Of a stretch of 64,000 nt of DNA, positions 45,860-53,813 are shown in pieces. The stretch spans positions 40,918-104,917 of the forward strand of contig CAVPDE010000011.1 of assembly GCA_963702565.1 (NCBI GenBank), given 5' to 3'. Each line of letters starts with the position of its first letter. The first letter of the stretch is position 1. A program made the translations under genes and the position numbers. Under the pieces are notes generated by a model. The model saw nothing but the letters and a program-made list of their open reading frames with translations. It was not told where the DNA came from and made no database searches. This DNA comes from an uncultured delta proteobacterium (lineage in GTDB: Bacteria; Desulfobacterota; DSM-4660; Desulfatiglandales; HGW-15).

Positions 45860-46276
45860 TCATGAATCTTTATTGAATTTTGTTTTTTCCCCAAAGGGTT
45901 TCTTAGAATCCATCGGCTTCAGTCGATCATGGAATTCGGCCGTGTTCGAACCGGGCATCAGGTATTTTGAATGGGCCAGTGTTCCATCCAGGTAGGCGTT
46001 CAGCACCGCTTCCGGCTGACCTGAAATGCCCTGGATGAGCTCGATTCCGGAAGCTTTCAGCAAATCGGAGAAATGGCGGGTCACTGCGCCGCAGATCAGC
46101 GTATCGACGCAGAGATCCTGAATTCTCAGACACCGCTGGGACAAGTCCCTCTCATCCAAATAGATCTCGAAGCGGGACGTCGGGCTCTTTTCATTCAACT
46201 CAACGACCATGAGCCTCGATGCCGTGTCCAAGACGGGCGACACTTTGTTTTCCCAGACCGGTATGGCTATTTTCAT
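45860..46276 (-). CDS. NifX/NifB-C-terminal-like domain protein (second copy)
   Basis: MKIAIPVWENKVSPVLD... and ICGAV. Its stop abuts the Mrp start. Confidence 0.7.
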   Translation of the reverse strand: MKIAIPVWENKVSPVLDTASRLMVVELNEKSPTSRFEIYLDERDLSQRCLRIQDLCVDTLICGAVTRHFSDLLKASGIELIQGISGQPEAVLNAYLDGTLAHSKYLMPGSNTAEFHDRLKPMDSKKPFGEKTKFNKDS

Positions 46277-46324
46277 TGGAAAGCACCCCTTGAGTTTCTT
46301 TTCCTGGCTTTGCCCTCTCTATAC

Positions 46325-46681
46325 CTAGTGGCCTTCCACGTTTGCTTCCGTGGCTTCACCGTATTTCCCGTTCATGAAGGCGGCTATGGCATCACCGATT
46401 TTGCCTTTCACACCTACAACGACCTTGACCCCTGCGGCCTTAAGCACTCTAAAGGCCTTGGGGCCGCAGTTTCCCGTGAGGACCACATCGGGCTTGTGAA
46501 CCAGGACATTTTGAGCCGACTGGATTCCTGCACCCTGGGCGAGGTCCAAGCTTTGACTGTTCGCGGCCACATCGAAGCTCATGGTTTCGGTATCCACGAC
46601 AAGAAACTTGGGCGCCCTTCCAAGCCTGGGATCGATCTGAGCATTCAGATCATCGCCCTCGGTGGTGACTGCAATTTTCAT
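46325..46681 (-). CDS. NifX/NifB-C-terminal-like domain protein (third copy)
   Basis: MKIAVTTEGDDLNAQIDPRLGRAPKFLVVD and VVLTGNCGPKAF. The start was moved to ATG 46681. Confidence 0.75.
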   Translation of the reverse strand: MKIAVTTEGDDLNAQIDPRLGRAPKFLVVDTETMSFDVAANSQSLDLAQGAGIQSAQNVLVHKPDVVLTGNCGPKAFRVLKAAGVKVVVGVKGKIGDAIAAFMNGKYGEATEANVEGH

Positions 46682-46750
46682 CTCTCTTGTCTGTCCTCCT
46701 TTGACCATACTCGCGCGCATTCCACTTGCACCATCGCTATCCTTTGCTAG

Positions 46751-46766
46751 AGCACCTTTCGTGCCA
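46751..46766 (-). promoter_or_regulatory. Sigma-54 (-24/-12) promoter candidate TGGCACG-AAAG-GTGCT
   Basis: The minus strand reads CTGGCACGAAAGGTGCTC, with GG and GC at the canonical 10-nt spacing, about 70 nt upstream of ATG 46681. Confidence 0.7.
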
Positions 46767-46872
46767 GTTTAGGAAGAAATGTGCCTAGGCTGGCAACAAG
46801 CTGAAATTTCATTTGAAATTGTTTATGTGTTGCAAAGGAGGAAAGGAGACGTGGTTTGGGATACTTCAATTA

Positions 46873-46899
46873 TGCAATACGGGAAACTCCATTATTGCA
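46873..46899. promoter_or_regulatory. Possible enhancer (UAS) palindrome TGCAATA-N13-TATTGCA
   Basis: Perfect 7-bp inverted arms lie about 110-150 bp upstream (minus-strand sense) of the -24/-12 element. Confidence 0.35.
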
Positions 46900-46952
46900 G
46901 AAGTGCAGTGTGTTATGGGGCTGTTTTCTTTCGATCACCGCCAAGCCCTAAC

Positions 46953-48299
46953 TCATGACAGAACCTGTTTTTCGGGAGGCTCGATGTGGAGGCGTTTCAT
47001 TTTGCGCCACAGGGTCGTCGGGTGGATGCCCATCTCCGCAGCCGTTGCGGCTCTGTTCCACTGATTGCGCTTGAGGACCTCTCGAATGTAACTACTTTCC
47101 ATCTCACCCAAGGAGGACGGCCTGGTTTCCGGGGGTCGGTTCATCCTGCTCTCCTCCGAGTTCCTGAAGAAATCCGGGAGGTGTTCAATACCGATCGTTC
47201 CGTTCTTGCAAACGACCGTGGCGTACTCGATGATGTTTTCCAGCTCCCGGACGTTTCCTGGAAAATCATGGGACATGAGGATGGGGAATGCTTCGGGGGA
47301 GAGGCCCTGGATCTCCTTGCCGCTCAGACGGCAGAATTTCCGTATGAAGTGTTCCACCAGGATGGGGATGTCTTCTCTCCTGTCGCGCAGAGGAGGAAGA
47401 ACGAGCTTGACCACGTTGATGCGATAGTAGAGGTCCTGTCTGAACTTTCCTTCTTCCACCAGGCTCTGGAGGTTTTTGTTTGTAGCGGCAACGATCCGGA
47501 CATCCGTTTTCAGAAACTTCGTGCTTCCAAGGGGCTCATAGGTCTTATCCTGAAGCACTCGAAGGAGGCGAACCTGCAGGGCAGGAGAAATGTCTCCGAT
47601 TTCATCGAGAAAGAGGGTCCCTCCATTGGCCACGGCTAGCCGACCGGGCTTGTCTTTGAAGGCCGTGCTGTGGGCGCCTTTTTCGTAGCCAAAGAGCTCC
47701 GATTCCAAAAGGGTGTCAGGCAGAGACCCGCAGTTGATCGTGATTAGAGGCCCTGTCTTCCTCGGGCTCAGCGCGTGAATCGCCTTGGCGAACAGCTCCT
47801 TGCCCGTGCCGCTTTCGCCCTCCAACAGAATCGTGGCGTCGCTTTCTGAAATCTGCTCCAGGATCCCGAAAAGCCTGCGCATTTCTTTGTTCTTGCTGAT
47901 GATGTCCTGGAAAGAGTGACGCTTTGTAAGCTCTTTGCGAAGTTCTTCGACCACGCTCAAGTCTCGAAAGGTTTCCACCCCCCCGATGACGGAATCCTGT
48001 TCATCTCTTAGCAGGGCCGTGGAAATGCTGACAGGGACTCGTTCTCCGTGAAGGTTGACGATGTAAATGGATTGATTCAGAACGGGGTGGCCTGTAGCCA
48101 TGGTGTGTTTCAGAGAGCAGCGATTTTCGCAAATACTGGCTCTGAACACTTCCCAGCATTGACGGCCGATGGCTTCTTCTTTCTTAATCCCTGTAATTTT
48201 TTCTGCAGAGCGGTTGAAAGAAGTGATCTTCAAATTCGAGTCCACCGTAAAAACGCCATCTGCGATGCTGTCGAGGATGATCTGCGTCCGGTTTTCCAC
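46953..48299 (-). CDS. PAS-domain sigma-54-dependent (NtrC/Fis-family) transcriptional activator with an atypical GAFTGA loop
   Basis: It has a PAS domain (SFNRSAEKITG) carrying CWEVFRASICENRCS, an AAA+ domain (GESGTGKE, RIVAATN, R-finger RREDI) and a C-terminal Fis-type HTH (AAAEMGIHPTTLWRKMK). The GAFTGA position reads GAHSTA. Confidence 0.85.
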   Translation of the reverse strand: MENRTQIILDSIADGVFTVDSNLKITSFNRSAEKITGIKKEEAIGRQCWEVFRASICENRCSLKHTMATGHPVLNQSIYIVNLHGERVPVSISTALLRDEQDSVIGGVETFRDLSVVEELRKELTKRHSFQDIISKNKEMRRLFGILEQISESDATILLEGESGTGKELFAKAIHALSPRKTGPLITINCGSLPDTLLESELFGYEKGAHSTAFKDKPGRLAVANGGTLFLDEIGDISPALQVRLLRVLQDKTYEPLGSTKFLKTDVRIVAATNKNLQSLVEEGKFRQDLYYRINVVKLVLPPLRDRREDIPILVEHFIRKFCRLSGKEIQGLSPEAFPILMSHDFPGNVRELENIIEYATVVCKNGTIGIEHLPDFFRNSEESRMNRPPETRPSSLGEMESSYIREVLKRNQWNRAATAAEMGIHPTTLWRKMKRLHIEPPEKQVLS

Positions 48300-48318
48300 A
48301 TCCTATCCTCTTTAGGCC

Positions 48319-49626
48319 CTATTCTCCCTCATCATCTTCTTCGTCAAAGACGATCTCGTCCCTCTCGTATTGGGCATCCCGCAGGGCATGGGCTTTTTCC
48401 ACTTCCTCTTCGCTCCAGGGCTCCACAATGAGCGAATCAGCCACTAGCTCCCACAAGTACTTGGTCTCAATGTCCAAGCCGAATTCTTTGGTCAGGCCTT
48501 TCATGATCTGGTCACGGCAATTGTGGCAGGGGGTAATGACCAACTTTGCTCCTGTGTCCCTGATCTGTTGCGCCTTAACCCTTCCGTAGTAAATTCTTTC
48601 GTCCGAGTAAGGCATGGCCCATGCGCCGCCGCCGGCGCCGCAGCAGTAGTTGTTCATCCGGTTGGGGTACATTTCCACATAATGCTCGCAGCACTGCTGG
48701 GTGATCCACCGGGGCTCTTCAAAGTAGCCATGGCCGAAAGCCTTCTGGCCTTTCCTTCCGTAATTGCACGGGTCATGCACGGTCGTGAGTTCTTCGTGGA
48801 TGGTTTTGTCCAGTTTGATTCTTCCCGTCTCGATGTATTCTTTCAGGAGATCGTGGACCGATACGACCTTGTATTTCTTGAAAACTTCGGGAAACCAGTT
48901 TTGCAGACCAAGCCTGGTCGCGTAGTAAGCGTGCCCTCACTCGGGCAAAAGGAGCGTCTTACACTCCAGCCTCTCCATGTGCTCGACGATACGACCCACG
49001 AGCGTCTTCATGGACTCATCATCTCCTGAGAAGAGCCCCCAATTGACTCCTTCCCAGTTGTACGAAGGTACGGTCCAGTCCTCCTTGGCCGCATAAAAGA
49101 TGCGCCACCAGAACTTCATGTCATCCGGCTCCCCAAAGGGTTCTTTGGAGTTGATTGTGACGAGGACGTTGGCTCCCTTTTTATCCACAGGCACATAGAA
49201 CCCAGGGAAACCATCCGCTTCGAGCTCTTTACCGAGGTCAGCGAGGAGGAAGAGAAAATCCGGTTTGGGAATGCCGAGGTTGTTCCCTCTTTGAAGGTCC
49301 ATGACCACGCCCTTGTGGATGGGGCCCGGGACCTTGTCTCTTTCGCGAAGGGTTCTGGCTCTTCGCATCATCTTGAGGATTTCCACTCCCTGAGGGCACG
49401 CGTATTCGCAACGGCCGCAGAGGGTGCAGATCCAGGGGAACCTCGAATCAATGAGTTCCTGGTCTAATCCCAGCGCAGCCATGCGGACAGCCTTTCTGGG
49501 GTCCATGTTGTCAACGCCTGTGACTGGGCAACCGCTCGCGCAGGTGCCGCAGGTGAAACAGACATCCGCCCACTCAGGGGACACTCTCAGTTTGCTCTCT
49601 TTTCGGTTAATGACCAAAGGTTCCAT
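48319..49626 (-). CDS. HdrD/GlpC-like Fe-S oxidoreductase (2x[4Fe-4S] + CCG domain), selenocysteine-containing (in-frame TGA 48937-48939)
   Basis: Track ORFs 48937-49626 and 48319-48780 are in the same frame and are separated only by a TGA plus 52 open codons. The read-through sequence is ...LLLPE-U-GHAYYATRLG...DPCNYG...NYCCGAGGG...PCHNC (C-x40-CC-x37-C-x2-C). The hairpin GACCA-GGCT-TGGTC lies 18 nt after the TGA. Confidence 0.75.
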
Positions 49627-49723
49627 TCAATTTCTCCTTTACGTATTAACATCCTGGGCCTGCAAACACTCTACGCCTTCATTCCGCCGTGTCTCTTGAG
49701 GGCGTGGAGCAAAAACCAGCATT

Positions 49724-50113
49724 TCAACGGCTCAGGAATTCCTTGATCTTCGCGAGAAGTTTTTCTTTGTCCACGGGTTTGTCAAAAAAAGCGTCAGGGC
49801 TGAAGTACTCCTGGTCTCTCTCTTTTTCATATCGGACCCCCAATTCGTCCGCCATGCCCGAAATCCCGATGATTGGCGTCTTCTTGAGATCCGGGTCTGT
49901 TTTGATCCGCTTGCACACTTCAAAGCCCGAATACAGGGTCTCCATCATCACGTCGAGCAGAATGAGGTCCGGATGCTCTTTTTGAGCCAATTCCACGCCC
50001 TTTTTCCCGTCTTGTGCCGTCAGCGTGCCGAACCCATTTCGTTTCAAGAACGTTTCAGTGGTGAAAAGGTAATCGGGGTTGTCATCGATGATCAATATCT
50101 TCTTGGATCCCAT
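49724..50113 (-). CDS. Stand-alone response-regulator receiver protein
   Basis: KKILIIDDNPD, ILLDVMM and PIIGISGM (CheY-like fold signature). Confidence 0.9.
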   Translation of the reverse strand: MGSKKILIIDDNPDYLFTTETFLKRNGFGTLTAQDGKKGVELAQKEHPDLILLDVMMETLYSGFEVCKRIKTDPDLKKTPIIGISGMADELGVRYEKERDQEYFSPDAFFDKPVDKEKLLAKIKEFLSR

Positions 50114-50152
50114 GTTCTTACCTCTCTTTTTTCAATACAGGCAACGAAAGTC

Positions 50153-50995
50153 CTAATATTCGGGAGGCATTTGTTTAAGTTGAGCCAGTGAGAAAACAGG
50201 TCCATCCTTGCACACATACTGGTCTCCGATGTTGCAGCGACCGCAAATGCCGATGCCGCACTTCATACGCATTTCCAGAGAGAGAATGATCCTGTCCGGG
50301 GGAAACCCCAGTTTCTCCAGCACCGGTTGAGTGAACTTGATCATGATCGGAGGTCCGCACACAATGGCTATGGCATTGTCTGCGCTCTTGATTTTCTGCT
50401 CCGTAATCGTGGGCACAAATCCGGTGTTGTATTTCCAGCTCGGATCGTTCGTGCTGTCCACGGTGATGTGCATGTGAATATCGTCCCTCCGCTCCCAAGC
50501 GGCGAGTTCCTCCTTGTAAAGGAGCATTCCCGGGCTTCGGGCTCCGTACACCACCGTGATGTCCTTGAATCGCGACCGGTTGTCCGGATGAAGCATGTAG
50601 ACAATGCTGGAGCGAAGGGTGGTGAAAGCGAAACCGCCGCCGACGATGACCACATTCTTTCCCTCCATCTCCTCCCAGGGGTACCAGTTTCCCAGAGGGC
50701 CGCGGATCCCCATCACTTCGCCCTCTTTCATGTTGTGAAGGTAGGTGGTCACCTGGCCGACCTTGTTCACCGTAAAGGTGACAAATCCTTTTTCCGTAGG
50801 GGAAGAGGCGATGCCGATCGGGATCTCTCCTTTCCCTGCTATGGAGAGCTCTGCAAACTGACCCGGAGTATAGGCGAACTTCCTTTCGTCCTCAGGATCA
50901 AGGAAAACGAACCTGAAAGTCTTCAGGTTTTTGTCTTCGGTCTCCGTGACGATCTTGTCGATTCGGACCGGGTAAGGAAGATAGGGATTTTGCAT
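50153..50995 (-). CDS. FAD/NAD(P)-binding oxidoreductase with C-terminal [2Fe-2S] (AsrB / sulfhydrogenase-gamma / FlxA-like)
   Basis: PGQFAELS, GEIPIGIAS, GPLGNWY, VVIVGGGFAF, and C-terminal RMKCGIGICGRCNIG...VCKDGPVF. The start was moved to ATG 50995, since upstream codons translate a repeat. Confidence 0.8.
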   Translation of the reverse strand: MQNPYLPYPVRIDKIVTETEDKNLKTFRFVFLDPEDERKFAYTPGQFAELSIAGKGEIPIGIASSPTEKGFVTFTVNKVGQVTTYLHNMKEGEVMGIRGPLGNWYPWEEMEGKNVVIVGGGFAFTTLRSSIVYMLHPDNRSRFKDITVVYGARSPGMLLYKEELAAWERRDDIHMHITVDSTNDPSWKYNTGFVPTITEQKIKSADNAIAIVCGPPIMIKFTQPVLEKLGFPPDRIILSLEMRMKCGIGICGRCNIGDQYVCKDGPVFSLAQLKQMPPEY

Positions 50996-51018
50996 CAGAC
51001 TCACACTCCTTCTCCAAG

Positions 51019-51104
51019 TTGGAGTAATGGAGTACTGGAGTAGTGGAGTGTTGGGAATCGCAGTTCTGTTCACTCCATTACTCCATTACTCCATCATTCC
51101 ATCC
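51019..51104. repeat. TGGAGTNN / NNACTCCA-type inverted arrays (8-nt period)
   Basis: TTGGAGTA ATGGAGTA CTGGAGTA GTGGAGTG TTGGG, a centre, then CACT CCATTACT CCATTACT CCATCATT CCATCC. Confidence 0.85.
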
Positions 51105-51107
51105 TTA

Positions 51108-52142
51108 TTATCCGTTCATCAATTCAAATACTTTTCGAATATCGATGTTGACGGGGCAGAACTGGACACATCGCCCGCACCCGACGCATGCTGGCCCGTT
51201 CCCGTACTTGTCCACGTAATACTTCAGCTTGTGCATAAACCGCTGCCTGACCCTCTGAAGCTTCTTGTCCCGGGGATTGTGGCCGGACCCATGAAGGGTG
51301 AAGAGCGGGAACATGCAGGCATCCCAATTCCGGATCCTGTCCCCTTCTTTTCCTGACACTTCGTCCTGGATGTCAAAGCACCAGCAGGTGGGACAGAGAA
51401 ATGTGCAGGTTCCGCAGTTGATGCACGCAAAAGAGACTCTCTCCCAGAAAGGGGCGTTGAAAAGCTCATTGACCGCTTTCTCCCGGAGGTGATCCACGTG
51501 CACCCTGGAGGAGTTTTTTTTCTCCGCTGCTTTTGGAAGGCTTAGCGCCTTCTTGAAGAGGGAGTCGGCTGCCTCTGAACCCAGCTCGACCTTTTCCAGG
51601 AAAGCCTCGCCTTTGGGCGTGAGGCTTCTCACCAGGAAGCGGTCGCCCAGGTCGACCATGAGCGCATCCAGACCTTTCTCGCTGAAGGGGCCGCTTCCCA
51701 CAGAGGTGCAGAAGCAGGAGGCGCAAGGGTCGTTGCATCCGAAGCCGACAAGGGTGGTGGTTTCCATGCGGCGGACCCACCACGGGTCCTGGAACTGAGG
51801 ATTGTCGAAATTGATCCTCACCAACTCAAAGGCAAAAGCGTCGCAAGGCCTTATTCCCACGATCACCTGGGGAGAAAAGTCCTTCGGTGCCTCCTTGACG
51901 ACGTGCGCGTCCCCTTTGCTCTCGTCCAGAGTGTACTCGAACATCCGCTCTGACTGCGGAAGCATAACCGATTTCGGGGAAAGCCTGGTGTTCTGGAATT
52001 CAAAATTGGGTTTGCGGCCTGTTTCCAGAAGCCTGAAGTTGTGGAAGTCCCCCTCCTTCACAGGGACATACACTTTGTAAACGCCTTGCAGCCTTTGTAG
52101 TGCCTCAGTCCATTGTTCCTTGCTGAATGATTTTTTAAGCAT
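51108..52142 (-). CDS. 4Fe-4S dicluster protein (AsrA / sulfhydrogenase-beta / FlxB-like)
   Basis: CINCGTCTFLCPTCWCFD and CVGCGRCVQFCP. 344 aa, paired with the AsrB-like subunit. Confidence 0.75.
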   Translation of the reverse strand: MLKKSFSKEQWTEALQRLQGVYKVYVPVKEGDFHNFRLLETGRKPNFEFQNTRLSPKSVMLPQSERMFEYTLDESKGDAHVVKEAPKDFSPQVIVGIRPCDAFAFELVRINFDNPQFQDPWWVRRMETTTLVGFGCNDPCASCFCTSVGSGPFSEKGLDALMVDLGDRFLVRSLTPKGEAFLEKVELGSEAADSLFKKALSLPKAAEKKNSSRVHVDHLREKAVNELFNAPFWERVSFACINCGTCTFLCPTCWCFDIQDEVSGKEGDRIRNWDACMFPLFTLHGSGHNPRDKKLQRVRQRFMHKLKYYVDKYGNGPACVGCGRCVQFCPVNIDIRKVFELMNG

Positions 52143-52154
52143 AGCATGAATCCT

Positions 52155-52264
52155 TAGGAGTATTGAATGCTGGAGTAATGGAGTACTGGAGCGCTGGAGT
52201 AATGGTGGAATAAAGAAAAAGAGGATACCCAGTACTCCAAGACTCCATCACACCATCACTCCAT
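52155..52264. repeat. TGGAGTNN / NNACTCCA-type inverted arrays (third copy)
   Basis: TAGGAGTA TTGAATG CTGGAGTA ATGGAGTA CTGGAGCG CTGGAGTA ATGGTGGA, a centre, then CCCAGTACT CCAAGACT CCATCACA CCATCACT CCAT. Confidence 0.85.
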
Positions 52265-53215
52265 TTATTTGACAAACTCGTTATAGTCGTCCACTCGATA
52301 AACATCCAGAGGCGGCCGCTGATCCATGCGGGTCCCTGCCTCCCAGCCGAAGAGCTCAAAAGCATCCTTGTTCAGCTTCTTGGTGAACTGCCTCATGGAG
52401 ATCCCCACGGGGCAAACCCTCTCACAAGCACCGCAGTCCGTGCACCTCCCGGCACAATGATAAGCCCGCAAAAAATGAAAGGTCATGGTATCCACGGGAT
52501 CCGTGCTTTTCCCTACCCACTGGGGCCGCGACTCATCGACGAAGCAAGTGGGGCAGTAGCAGAGCGGGCAAACGTTTCGGCATGCGTAGCACCGTAGGCA
52601 GGATGAAATAAGCTGGGTGAAAAACTTCCGCTTTTCTTCGGGGCTCTTCTTTTCCAACACCTCAATGTCTTTGAAGGGGTTGACGCCCTCCTGTTCAGGA
52701 ACCGGGTCAGCGACCATCTCGTCGTATTCGACGGGATTTCGATGAAGGCAAGTGGCGCAATTGGTCCTCAAGAAATCCTTTTTCTTAAAGGTCTCCTGAA
52801 AACCGTTTCCGCTCACCGTGAAGGAGTCATTGGTTTCAGTGACATCGAGAATCTCCTTGTTCCCCATCGTTCTCTTCACCGCTCGGTGGTCGATCATGCC
52901 GGTGCAGGGAAGGCCCACGATGTAGAGCTGTTCCCGCTTAATCTGGTTTTCGATGATGTGGGTCACGATGTTCCTGGAATTGCATCCATTGGCGACAATC
53001 CCGACGCGGTCGGTCCGCTTGGTCAGGTAATTGCAGAGGTTCAGACCGCAGTGGCTGTCCCAGTGAAGCAAGTCGACCTCCGCAGGATTCTTGACCAGCA
53101 CTGGTTCATTCATCATGGGCACTGAGCCCTTCCGGTAGCCGATGAAAACGTCGACCGTTCCCTTTTCCAGGAGCTTTCGAGCGATGTCTCTGATTTTCTG
53201 GGTATACTCAAGCAT
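52265..53215 (-). CDS. Fe-S cluster-binding oxidoreductase subunit (FlxC-like)
   Basis: CLRCYACRNVCPLCYCPTC and CTDCGACERVCP. The ATG at 53213-53215 overlaps the mvhD stop (TGATG). Confidence 0.65.
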   Translation of the reverse strand: MLEYTQKIRDIARKLLEKGTVDVFIGYRKGSVPMMNEPVLVKNPAEVDLLHWDSHCGLNLCNYLTKRTDRVGIVANGCNSRNIVTHIIENQIKREQLYIVGLPCTGMIDHRAVKRTMGNKEILDVTETNDSFTVSGNGFQETFKKKDFLRTNCATCLHRNPVEYDEMVADPVPEQEGVNPFKDIEVLEKKSPEEKRKFFTQLISSCLRCYACRNVCPLCYCPTCFVDESRPQWVGKSTDPVDTMTFHFLRAYHCAGRCTDCGACERVCPVGISMRQFTKKLNKDAFELFGWEAGTRMDQRPPLDVYRVDDYNEFVK

Positions 53216-53658
53216 CAAACCACCTCAGCTCTTCTCTTAACAAGATAAGTTGCCTGACCGGTCTCCTTGACCGCCTTGATGACTTCGGTGGCAACCTCCA
53301 CGAACTTGGTTGCTTCGGCAGAGGAAATCCACGAAAAGTGCAGTCTTCCCGGTTCCAGCCCCACATGCTCGATCAGATTCTTGAACAGTGCGAACTTGCG
53401 TCTTGCGAAGTAATTACCTTCCAGGTAATGGCAGTCGCCGGGGTGTCAGCCGGAAACCCAAACACCGTCGGCGCCGTGTCGGAACGCGGCGAGGATGAAT
53501 TTGGGGCTCACCCGGGCAGAGCAGGGCACCCGGATAACCCGGATATTGGACGGGTACTGGAAGCGGCTGACCCCTGCCAGGTCTGCCGCTCCGTAGCTGC
53601 ACCAGTTGCACAAGAATGCGGTTATCTTAGGCTGCCAGTCGTTCATAGCTCTCTCCAA
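53215..53658 (-). CDS. mvhD: MvhD/FlxD-like [2Fe-2S] electron-transfer subunit, selenocysteine-containing (in-frame TGA 53446-53448)
   Basis: Track ORF 53446-53658 ends ...[12 protein letters not shown]. The same frame stays open for 76 more codons: [51 protein letters not shown]...; G-U-HPGDCHY is the Cys/Sec position of MvhD. The hairpin ATTACC-TGGAA-GGTAAT lies about 20 nt after the TGA. Confidence 0.8.
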
Positions 53659-53732
53659 CGCACTCGAATAATATCACCAAAAGTTTTCTTCCCGTCGGCA
53701 CTTGGTTGAATCTCTTCAATCGGAAGTCGCTT

Positions 53733-53813
53733 GTTGCAGGTCGCAGGTCGCAAAAGCAAATCCAGAAAATCCTTTCCATCACCACGGGCAACGTGCAACG
53801 CGCCACCTGCAAC
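53733..53813. repeat. Heptamer-period inverted arrays in the hdrA-mvhD spacer
   Basis: GTTGCAGGTC GCAGGTC GCAAAAG, a centre, then GCAACGT GCAACGC GCCACCT GCAAC. GTTGCAGGT (53733-53741) and ACCTGCAAC (53805-53813) are perfect complements. Confidence 0.75.
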
